64,000 bases of DNA from an uncultured Flavobacteriales bacterium (GCA_937974275.1 CALJIF010000032.1:1289-65288); one strand, 5' to 3'. Shown: positions 36,778 to 44,609, counted from the first letter of the stretch. The notes: generated from the letters alone by a model not told the origin. Numbers and translations: made by a program.

Positions 36778-36888
36778 TCAACTGCACCATGTAAGCATAT
36801 ACCTTCCGGGCTTGCTGTTTGCACAGCAGCACATACACATGCACATACACATGTACGAGGAAAGGAAGGTTAATGCGGTGCGTTTCAT
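36778..36888 (-). CDS. candidate leader peptide 2: MKRTALTFLSSYMCMCMCMCCCANSKPGRYMLTWCS
   Basis: Translated by hand from the minus strand. Ten consecutive codons (36852-36823) are only ATG or TGT/TGC. The stop lies 17 nt before terminator 2, and an A/U-rich stretch precedes ATG 36888. Confidence 0.55.
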   Translation of the reverse strand: MKRTALTFLSSYMCMCMCMCCCANSKPGRYMLTWCS

Positions 36889-36907
36889 GTTGAAGTTCGG
36901 TTAAATT

Positions 36908-36944
36908 AATAAAAAAAGGCTTTCCAAAATCGGGAAAGCCTTTT
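36908..36944 (-). terminator. intrinsic terminator / attenuator 1
   Basis: Minus strand: AAAAGGCTTTCC-cgatttt-GGAAAGCCTTTT (12 bp) followed by TTTATTAATTT. The T tract is much weaker on the plus strand. Confidence 0.7.
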
Positions 36945-36961
36945 ATATAAATGCTATTCCC
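36932..36961 (-). promoter_or_regulatory. candidate antiterminator helix of attenuator 1
   Basis: GGGAA(T)AGC (36961-36953) pairs with GCTTTCCC (36939-36932), which is the 5' arm of terminator 1. That gives 8 bp, one bulge and a 13-nt loop. It starts 5 nt after the mini-ORF stop. Confidence 0.35.
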
Positions 36962-36965
36962 ACTG

Positions 36966-37016
36966 TCATGGATTCATGCAGCAGTTCATCATCATATTTA
37001 AGTTATTGTTCATCAT
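36966..37016 (-). CDS. candidate leader peptide 1: MMNNNLNMMMNCCMNP
   Basis: Translated by hand from the minus strand. Of 16 codons, 6 are Met, 2 Cys and 6 Asn. The stop lies 21 nt before terminator 1. Confidence 0.45.
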   Translation of the reverse strand: MMNNNLNMMMNCCMNP

Positions 37017-37057
37017 TGTAATGTGGCGCAAAGATATAGCGGAAATATTTTATGATG

Positions 37058-37065
37058 CAAATTTA
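37058..37065 (-). promoter_or_regulatory. candidate -7 promoter box for the sulfur-operon leader
   Basis: TAAATTTG on the minus strand matches TAnnTTTG and lies ~42 nt upstream of mini-ORF 1. No clean -33 TTTG sits at the expected spacing. Confidence 0.3.
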
Positions 37066-37150
37066 TTTTTGTTATCGCGTTAAAACCGCTTCGTTGCTGT
37101 GTTGTACGTCACTTTTAAAATAACCGTTCGATAAATTTATGCCGACACAT

Positions 37151-37642
37151 TTAGTTGGACGTACTTTTCGAGCGCGTCGCATTCAAATACTCCCGGGCAA
37201 CTTCCAGCAGCTCGCTCGACGTACAATTCGTATCCGCGGTATTTACCTTTCTTTCGTAATAGGAACGTGAGCCGTCATTGGCCCACTCTTGTACCACCAA
37301 ATACTTTTTAATGCCCCGCAAACCGGATCCCGGTGCCTCGGCATGCGAAAGATCTTCTTCTTCTAACGTGATATCCCGAATCAGTGTCCAGGGAATAGTT
37401 CTTTTATATCTCCGCAAGTAAACCCCTTCTTCACTAAAAACAATTTCATGTTTATTCCGTAATCGATTTACGACAATAACGATCAACACCAGTGCACTCG
37501 AAATCAGCCAAAACCACCAAAATTCGGGATTGCGCACTCGTTCAAAAATCAGCGCATAAGCACTGCCCACACACATGAATAACATGGGCGCACCAATAAC
37601 TACATCCATCGTAGAACTTCGTTTGATGTAGCGCGGCTTCAT
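37151..37642 (-). CDS. hypothetical membrane protein (two N-terminal TM helices + soluble C-terminal domain)
   Basis: ORF of 163 aa with two hydrophobic helices. I recognised no family. Confidence 0.65.
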   Translation of the reverse strand: MKPRYIKRSSTMDVVIGAPMLFMCVGSAYALIFERVRNPEFWWFWLISSALVLIVIVVNRLRNKHEIVFSEEGVYLRRYKRTIPWTLIRDITLEEEDLSHAEAPGSGLRGIKKYLVVQEWANDGSRSYYERKVNTADTNCTSSELLEVAREYLNATRSKSTSN

Positions 37643-37659
37643 GGGTTAAGAAAGGGGAA

Positions 37660-38067
37660 TTATCTGCGGTGTTCCTGCACGTATCCGTTGATATAATCAA
37701 CGATCGTTTTCGTATCCGTTCCCGGAGGAAACAACATGCCCACGCCGAGTTCGTTGAGCTTTTTCATATCGGCATCAGGAATGATTCCGCCGCCTGTCAA
37801 CAATACATCGTTCAAGCCTTTCTCTTTCATCAAGGTCATGATTTTCGGAAATACCGTCATGTGCGCACCGGATAAAATGCTGACACCGATTGCATCAACG
37901 TCTTCCTGCAATGCTGCATTGACAACCATTTCAGGGGTTTGACGTAATCCGGTATAAATTACTTCCATGCCTGCATCGCGCAGAAAAGAAGCGATTACTT
38001 TGGCGCCACGATCGTGACCATCCAAACCAACTTTTGCAATTAAAACTCGAACAGGACGTTGTTGCAT
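37660..38067 (-). CDS. stand-alone cobalamin (B12)-binding domain protein, methylmalonyl-CoA mutase small-subunit type
   Basis: [19 protein letters not shown] contains the DxHxxG B12 lower-ligand motif, and the C-terminus has the GGGIIP motif. 135 aa. Confidence 0.88.
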   Translation of the reverse strand: MQQRPVRVLIAKVGLDGHDRGAKVIASFLRDAGMEVIYTGLRQTPEMVVNAALQEDVDAIGVSILSGAHMTVFPKIMTLMKEKGLNDVLLTGGGIIPDADMKKLNELGVGMLFPPGTDTKTIVDYINGYVQEHRR

Positions 38068-38094
38068 ACGGTGCTAAAGGTACGAATTGATCAT

Positions 38095-41000
38095 TTATTG
38101 TGAATCACCTTTACGAACCGGAATGGAAACATAAAATGTTGTTCCCGAACCTTTCGTGGTTTCAAAACGGATACGACCATTCACACTCTCCACAATACTC
38201 TTGACCATAGCTAGTCCAAGTCCCATTCCGCCCGATTTAGTGGTGAAATTCGGCACAAATATTTTATCGATCACTTCGTCACTGATGCCGGTGCCGTTGT
38301 CTTTTACGGTTACCACAAAATGCTGTCCTTCACGGCTCAACTTCACCTCAACAATTCCATCCTGCTCTTCCGGTATAGCCTGAATGGCGTTGCGAATCAA
38401 ATTATTAAATACACGCATCAACTGCTCATAATCGCCTTCCACATCAGCATGATCCAACATTCCGTGATCGTATGAAATTTTGATACGCTCTTCTGTTTCC
38501 TGAAATAAACTCACCACATTATCCAGCAATTCATGAAGATCCATTTCTTCAATTTGCGGCTTCGGCATTTTTGCGAAATCGGAGAATGCTGTTGCAATAG
38601 AAGAAAGCGTATCAATCTGCTCAATCATCGTTTTCGTCAAACGCTCCACCTTCTGATCGAGATCCGGAGCTTTATCGCGGTACGCACGTTCCAGCAGTTG
38701 CAAACTGAGTCGTATTGGTGTAAGGGGATTTTTAATTTCATGTGCTACCTGCTTCGCCATTTCGCGCCATGCACTTTCACGCTCGCTCTGTGCCAACAAT
38801 TCGGCACTATGCGCCAATTCAGAAATCATTCTGTTATACTCACGCACCAAACTTCCGATTTCATCGTTGGTTTCCCAGTTGATCGGGTCGTTTTTCTGAC
38901 CCAATGTAACAGCGCGCATCTTGTCCTGAATTAAACGCAAAGGTTTCGTCAGGTAATTCGAAATAAATATCGCTGCTATAACCGATAATGAGAACAGCAG
39001 CACGTACACATTAATTAATGCCACAAGGAAAGAAGATATTTCTTTCTCCAAATCGTTCTGCTTCGCGAAATACGGCAAACTCAAATAAGCAATTAATTCA
39101 CCCGATTTATTCTTAACCGGTAAATACGCCGACAAATAAGCCAGATTACCCACGTTCTCGTCATGTACAAACTCCGAACGTTTATTTATATGCAATTGCA
39201 AATACGCTTCCGGATTCATCTTGCGTGAAACCAAACCTTCATCAAACACTTTCCCTCTGGACGTGGCAAACAAATTACCTTCCAGATCATATAGGTTGAT
39301 ATCCGTAAAGAACACATTCGAAAACTTACGTAAGAGATAGGTGGTGTATTCCTTGTATGGCGCTGTCAATTTGTTATCCTCAATTTTGGATTCAATTTCC
39401 AACGATACGGAATGTGCCTTCTCACTTATAATTTCGGAGTTTTTAGTTTGGTATTGCTGTTGGATGTAGTAAATGGATCCACTACCGAATAAGGTTAACG
39501 ATGCCAGAACGATCAACACCAACACCAATTGAATACGATACTTAAATGTTAACTGACTGAATGCATTACCCGCAACAATAACCTGACGCAGGAACAACGC
39601 CAACATCAACAGCAAACTATATAATGTAAATATGTACGAAAATCCTGTAGTGATGCTCAACCAACCTTCCTGAGGCTTGCTGAGTACAACCGCTGTCTCG
39701 TTGTCCGGAGAATATACTAAATGCTCGTAGTGCTCTTGCACAACAAATTCATTCTTTCGTGCTGCAGCCAGATATTGTTCGGGCGATAAACTGAATTGAA
39801 ACTTCCCGGCATGATTTAACAATACGCCATTCTTATATTTTGCATACGAATAATTCAGCAATCGCTGGTTCACTGTCAATTCACGATCGAGCAACAATTC
39901 CGGGAAACCCACTTCTTCGTTCATCAACTTCGAATCCAATTCCAGAATCAACGTTCCTTGTCCTAAAAACTTCTCTCTACCCGGCCATTGTAATACCAAC
40001 TTCGCGACATACGAAATGCGACCGTCACCTTTTGTCCTGAAATAAAAATGTTCTGTTTGTGTCGGTTCGCATTGACGATGCACAATCTCTTCCATCAGCG
40101 TGAAGTTGTCGGAATACGTGGCAGCATGGCGCAATAAAGGCACGCACATCGTATCGAAAAATGCCACTTTCACATCATACTTTTCCCAATAACCGCTGAA
40201 GTATTGTTGCACCACACGTTTCTCAAACGCATTCAGATCCGCTTCCGGACCCTGAGATAATTTAATCAGCACGGTATCGTACATCAATTTATCGCGCAAC
40301 TCGATAAAGAAATGTTCTGCTATCGGATCTTGTTCAGCAGCCAGTTTTTCAGCCAATAATTTTCGCGAGTCGTGTTCTTTGTAACGCGATTGTTTCCCGA
40401 TCATGTGTGTGGTGTAGAACGAAAATAAAAACACCAGTAAAACAATCAGCGAAAAAGGATAACGGCTTTCTTCCGTATCTGTAGGTCGTTGAAATAACAC
40501 GAAAAGAATGGCAAAAGGCCAATACACCGTAATCATATCTACGTTGCCCTGCAGTGCGCATACCACGGTGAATAAAGCAGCAGCCAGAATAAACAATGCG
40601 AGTTGTTCAACAAACTTCAACTGCATGCGTTTAATTTGAAAAACTGCGTGATCTGCGAGTAAGAAAAACGTTGCAACAAATAATGCCAGCAACAACAGAC
40701 CCAGATAGCTGAAAACGGATAAATCGAAAATGTTATTGACATTAAATGAGATGTCGGAGTTCTGCACCAGATCTTGAATCATTTGATTGATCAGCCAACC
40801 ACCGGCGACAGGAACCGCCATCATGAAAAGTGCCAACAAATAGCGTGATGCACGTTGTTGAGGAAAATTGATGACGAGTGATTTAGGATGACGTAGCACG
40901 TAAATCACACCGAACAACAACAGCAAGGCATTCAGGAAGAAGTCGCCCAGATTGGAGTTCCAAAACGATTCTGCATCGCCGTAATGCAACGGACTAAACA

Positions 41001-41823
41001 ACTCGGAGCTGTAAAACGTATCCGGGAAGTGCAACAACAACATTACAAAGCGCAATACAGCAAGAACAGCAAGAAAGAGAATTACTTTCCATCGTATACT
41101 CAGTGTGTCCGGCAGTGCGTGCGTTTCTTCATGCAGGTATTTGATTAATAAAACAAAGCCGAACAAATTGAGCACTACATTAATAATGCGCCACCATAAA
41201 GGAACGATAGGTTGTGAACTCAGTTTGTGATCGAGCGAAAACAGATACGTTCCATCTGCGGCTACAACAGCGTTAACCGATCCGGGATCATTAGTTTCAA
41301 TATTCGTTTCGGGAGGAACATTATAGTCGCGCCAAAATTCATTGACGAGATAACGATTTTGATACGGATATGCCGATCGAATTAATGATAACCCGATATA
41401 TGTTCTTCCCGAGTTGTCGTGCTTGCGAATAACCTGAAACCAACCGTTGCGCAATCGCGCGAGGCGTTCATCCAGACACACTTCCTTCATGTAATTTTCT
41501 ACAGCAGCAGAGTTGTCTGACCAGTATTTTAATGTATCGCCCTCATACATTAACAATACAAAGCCCTTGTCATTGTACAGTGTTCGATGTGAAGCCGTGT
41601 TCGCTTTAAAAATAGCCTGAGGAGTTTGCCCGTTGGTTTTACGAATTAACGTGTCGAGATATGCTGCTAATTCCGATTCGCGTTGGTGCAATACACGATT
41701 GAATTGTTCGGCTGCCGGTGCGGGAGAACCTGCATCGCGAAGCACAATAATTTTCGCTAATGCCAGACACAGCAGTCCTGCAACCAAATACAAAAAGCGA
41801 GATCGATAAAATCGTTGCCACAT
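38095..41823 (-). CDS. large polytopic sensor histidine kinase (multi-TM sensor, HAMP, HisKA, HATPase)
   Basis: Start moved to ATG 41823 (MWQRFYRSRFLYLVAGLL...). H box AHEIKNPLTPI, N box NNLIRNAIQA, G boxes DNGTGI and GGMGLGLAMV. Confidence 0.87.
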   Translation of the reverse strand: MWQRFYRSRFLYLVAGLLCLALAKIIVLRDAGSPAPAAEQFNRVLHQRESELAAYLDTLIRKTNGQTPQAIFKANTASHRTLYNDKGFVLLMYEGDTLKYWSDNSAAVENYMKEVCLDERLARLRNGWFQVIRKHDNSGRTYIGLSLIRSAYPYQNRYLVNEFWRDYNVPPETNIETNDPGSVNAVVAADGTYLFSLDHKLSSQPIVPLWWRIINVVLNLFGFVLLIKYLHEETHALPDTLSIRWKVILFLAVLAVLRFVMLLLHFPDTFYSSELFSPLHYGDAESFWNSNLGDFFLNALLLLFGVIYVLRHPKSLVINFPQQRASRYLLALFMMAVPVAGGWLINQMIQDLVQNSDISFNVNNIFDLSVFSYLGLLLLALFVATFFLLADHAVFQIKRMQLKFVEQLALFILAAALFTVVCALQGNVDMITVYWPFAILFVLFQRPTDTEESRYPFSLIVLLVFLFSFYTTHMIGKQSRYKEHDSRKLLAEKLAAEQDPIAEHFFIELRDKLMYDTVLIKLSQGPEADLNAFEKRVVQQYFSGYWEKYDVKVAFFDTMCVPLLRHAATYSDNFTLMEEIVHRQCEPTQTEHFYFRTKGDGRISYVAKLVLQWPGREKFLGQGTLILELDSKLMNEEVGFPELLLDRELTVNQRLLNYSYAKYKNGVLLNHAGKFQFSLSPEQYLAAARKNEFVVQEHYEHLVYSPDNETAVVLSKPQEGWLSITTGFSYIFTLYSLLLMLALFLRQVIVAGNAFSQLTFKYRIQLVLVLIVLASLTLFGSGSIYYIQQQYQTKNSEIISEKAHSVSLEIESKIEDNKLTAPYKEYTTYLLRKFSNVFFTDINLYDLEGNLFATSRGKVFDEGLVSRKMNPEAYLQLHINKRSEFVHDENVGNLAYLSAYLPVKNKSGELIAYLSLPYFAKQNDLEKEISSFLVALINVYVLLFSLSVIAAIFISNYLTKPLRLIQDKMRAVTLGQKNDPINWETNDEIGSLVREYNRMISELAHSAELLAQSERESAWREMAKQVAHEIKNPLTPIRLSLQLLERAYRDKAPDLDQKVERLTKTMIEQIDTLSSIATAFSDFAKMPKPQIEEMDLHELLDNVVSLFQETEERIKISYDHGMLDHADVEGDYEQLMRVFNNLIRNAIQAIPEEQDGIVEVKLSREGQHFVVTVKDNGTGISDEVIDKIFVPNFTTKSGGMGLGLAMVKSIVESVNGRIRFETTKGSGTTFYVSIPVRKGDSQ

Positions 41824-41949
41824 AATGGAAAAGCCGTGCATTCCTACACGGGTGAAGTTACCACTTTCCCGATGATGCCCAAGCGGGTTTTCACACCACA
41901 CAAATCCTGCCACAACGGAATCACGCTTTTTTGTAGATTCGTGACACCT

Positions 41950-44196
41950 ATGAGCAAAGCAGACCGTAAATCGAAAACAGCGAAAAGTTCGTCGAAAGCA
42001 ACGTCTTTTACTTTACCGGAATTAAGTGGTAAAGGATGGTTTTTCACCACCGATTTTCGCATTCAGGCTGTGGCTGTAGCCCTTATCGCCGTGTTGTTTT
42101 ATGGGAATTCATATAAAAACGAATACGCGCTGGACGATGATATCGTGATGCGTCAAAACACATTTGTACAGAAAGGATTTTCGGGCATTTGGGATATCAT
42201 GGCCAACGACGCTTACAAAAGCTTTTATGCCAGCATGGGTGTAAATGAACAATTGGAAGGTGGTCGTTATCGTCCGTTGTCGATTGTGACCTTCGCTATA
42301 GAACAGCAGTTGTTTGGCGAATGTTATGGTGAACGTTATGAAGAAGTGCGCGATTCCGTATTAGCATTGCGCAACGCCTCTATTCCGGATCCGACAACAC
42401 TTTCACGATTAGTTGCCGAACAAAATGATCTTGATGTCAAGATCAAAGCAACCACCATGGAATTGGCTACGGTGCGACACATCGTGAATATCGTTTTATA
42501 TGCGCTACTGTGCGTTGTTTTATTGTGGTTCTTGCGCGAATGTGTATTCCGCACCAACACAGATCTTGCGTTGCTATCTGTGGCGCTGTTCGCCATTCAT
42601 CCTATTCATACGGAAGTGGTGGCCAACGTGAAAAGTCGTGATGAAATCATGTCTTTACTGTTCATCGCATTAACGTTCATTTATTTCTTCCGATTCGACA
42701 TTTCCCGCAACAGGAAAGACTTGACAAAAGGCGCTGTGTTTTTCTTGCTCGCATATTTATCAAAAGAATACGCGATTGCCCTACTGGCGCTAATTCCATT
42801 GGGCTTGCATTTATTTCACAAGCGCAGTTTTTCGAACATGGTTCCGCACGGCACCGCCATTGTTCTGGTTACGATTTTGTACGCGATGATTCGATTATCT
42901 GCTACTGCAACAGAAGGGCCACGTGTACCGAAAAATCGCAACGCCAGTGATCCGTTGAACGAACCGTACATGTTTGCAAAAGGCGATCAGGTCGTTGCAA
43001 CAAAAATTAACCGACTTGATGATTACCTCGTCTTGTTGGTGAAGCCGTATCCGTTGGTGTCCGATTATTCGTATCAACATTTCCCGTATGTGCACATCTA
43101 TCACTGGCAAGTGTTGTTGTCAATACTTATTTATGGACTTTTGATTTATGTGCTATGGCGTTGGTGGAAACAACAACATCCTTTGGCATTTGCATTGCTC
43201 CTCTACTTCGGCTTTTTCGCCTTGATCTGCAATTTGCTGTTTGATATCGGAGCAACCATGGGTGAACGTCTGATCTTTCATTCATCGCTCGGATTTTGCA
43301 TGATCCTCGCATGGGGCATTGTTGCCGGAATGGAACGATTCAAAATTGCTACACCTGTAGCTTCCATCATTTTTATCTTGATTTCTGTTCCTGCATTTAT
43401 GATTACTACGGAACGAAACCTCGAATGGAAAAATGATGCTTCGTTGTTTATCAGTGATGTCCAAAAACATCCGGAAAGTGCTTTGTGTAATGGCAACGCG
43501 GGCGCACGATTCATGGATCGCGGCGTAGAGTTTCTGGGCAAAGACAGTTTGAAGGTGTATGCCTATGCAGATACTGCCATTCAATATTTGACGAAAGCCA
43601 CGACGTTACACCCGCGTTATGTTAACGGTTGGTTAAATCTGGGATTAGCGTACTATCACAAAAAAGATTTTGATCAGTCGGCTGCAGCATGGGCAAAAGT
43701 GAGCCCGATATTTCCGCGCAACCCGATTTTGCTCAACTACACACAGATGTACATTAACACGGCGAATAGTTATGCGCAAAAACAGGATTATGTAAATGCG
43801 GCGCGCTATTTAGGCTATGCAGCGCGTATGAATCCGCAGGACAAAGGAGCATGGGCAGATTATGCGGGAGCAAGTTTTATGAGCAGACAATTTGGAACCG
43901 CGAAAGAAGCGTTCATTAAAGCGATAGAACTTAACCCTGAAGCTAAAGACCAATTGCAGGGTGGATTAAATGCTGCGGCTTCCAACGAGTTGGCGTTGAA
44001 CAATTGGAGGGCAGATTCGGCGGACGTTACGAAAACTTTGATTCTTGCCCGGAACTATACCGGAACCGTTGCATTTTATCCCGAATCACGCAGACTTATA
44101 AATAAAGTGTTGCAGGTAAATCCGAATGAAGCGTATGCATTGAAATTGCAAGACAGTTTGAGCGGATTGGAACGTAAAGTATCGCTGCCAAAGTAA
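41950..44196 (+). CDS. TMTC-like membrane protein: N-terminal polytopic GT-C/DUF1736-like domain + C-terminal TPR repeats
   Basis: Start moved to ATG 41950 (MSKADRKSK...). It has the motif YALDDDIVMRQN near the first loop, ~10 TM helices and C-terminal TPR-like repeats (WLNLGLAYYHKKDFDQS...). Confidence 0.8.
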   Translation: MSKADRKSKTAKSSSKATSFTLPELSGKGWFFTTDFRIQAVAVALIAVLFYGNSYKNEYALDDDIVMRQNTFVQKGFSGIWDIMANDAYKSFYASMGVNEQLEGGRYRPLSIVTFAIEQQLFGECYGERYEEVRDSVLALRNASIPDPTTLSRLVAEQNDLDVKIKATTMELATVRHIVNIVLYALLCVVLLWFLRECVFRTNTDLALLSVALFAIHPIHTEVVANVKSRDEIMSLLFIALTFIYFFRFDISRNRKDLTKGAVFFLLAYLSKEYAIALLALIPLGLHLFHKRSFSNMVPHGTAIVLVTILYAMIRLSATATEGPRVPKNRNASDPLNEPYMFAKGDQVVATKINRLDDYLVLLVKPYPLVSDYSYQHFPYVHIYHWQVLLSILIYGLLIYVLWRWWKQQHPLAFALLLYFGFFALICNLLFDIGATMGERLIFHSSLGFCMILAWGIVAGMERFKIATPVASIIFILISVPAFMITTERNLEWKNDASLFISDVQKHPESALCNGNAGARFMDRGVEFLGKDSLKVYAYADTAIQYLTKATTLHPRYVNGWLNLGLAYYHKKDFDQSAAAWAKVSPIFPRNPILLNYTQMYINTANSYAQKQDYVNAARYLGYAARMNPQDKGAWADYAGASFMSRQFGTAKEAFIKAIELNPEAKDQLQGGLNAAASNELALNNWRADSADVTKTLILARNYTGTVAFYPESRRLINKVLQVNPNEAYALKLQDSLSGLERKVSLPK

Positions 44197-44290
44197 TCCG
44201 ATTGGCTGTTAAGGAACGGTTAACATGTTCGTGTTGAAAATTACAACACGGTACGAGTAACTTTTCGGGGCATTTACTCGTTACATTTGC

Positions 44291-44560
44291 ATGAATAATA
44301 TGGCACTCCGTAACGACATACTTAAACAATACTTCACCAAAGCATCAATTGGCGGTGTTGTGAGCATCAATGATTTGCGTGATCGTGAATACAGCGGTGA
44401 AACGCTTTCCGCTGATGAGATTAAGGCGTTGCGCAATTTCGATAAATATCGTTTGGATCAATTGAACAACATTCAGAACGACAAAGAATTCCACGAGAAG
44501 TACCGCCAGATTCAGGTAATGGCGAACCTCGGCGACTGGAAGGATTTTCTGAATCTGTAA
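44291..44560 (+). CDS. hypothetical small protein
   Basis: ORF of 89 aa followed by a terminator, with no recognised family. The start could be the second ATG at 44300. Confidence 0.5.
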   Translation: MNNMALRNDILKQYFTKASIGGVVSINDLRDREYSGETLSADEIKALRNFDKYRLDQLNNIQNDKEFHEKYRQIQVMANLGDWKDFLNL

Positions 44561-44574
44561 AATCTATAGATAAA

Positions 44575-44609
44575 AAGAAAGGCTGATCGATGGATCAGCC
44601 TTTTTCTTT
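44575..44609. terminator. bidirectional intrinsic terminator between convergent genes
   Basis: AAAGGCTGATC-gatg-GATCAGCCTTT is flanked by an A run upstream and a T run downstream. Confidence 0.7.

Noticed and set aside
36656-36850. 64-aa track ORF (MYVHVYVLLCKQQ...) overlapping the sir start and the leader region
   Set aside because: It uses a GTG start in a different frame, runs through terminator 2 and overlaps the sir ATG. The shorter Met/Cys-run ORF in the adjacent frame explains the region better.
36670-37150. Possible SAM (or other) riboswitch upstream of the sulfur operon
   Set aside because: I looked for the conserved SAM-I core features, such as the GAGGGA...GCCC junction with a kink-turn, and for SAM-II-like pseudoknot patterns. 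I could not recognise them. The terminators are instead each preceded by a short translatable ORF. A covariance-model scan (Rfam) would be the decisive check.
41815-41949. Overlapping N-terminal extensions of the divergent kinase (to 41913) and TPR protein (from 41815)
   Set aside because: The two extensions would overlap each other on opposite strands. Internal ATGs at 41823 and 41950 give sensible N-termini, respectively a TM helix and a Lys/Ser-rich cytoplasmic tail followed by a TM helix.
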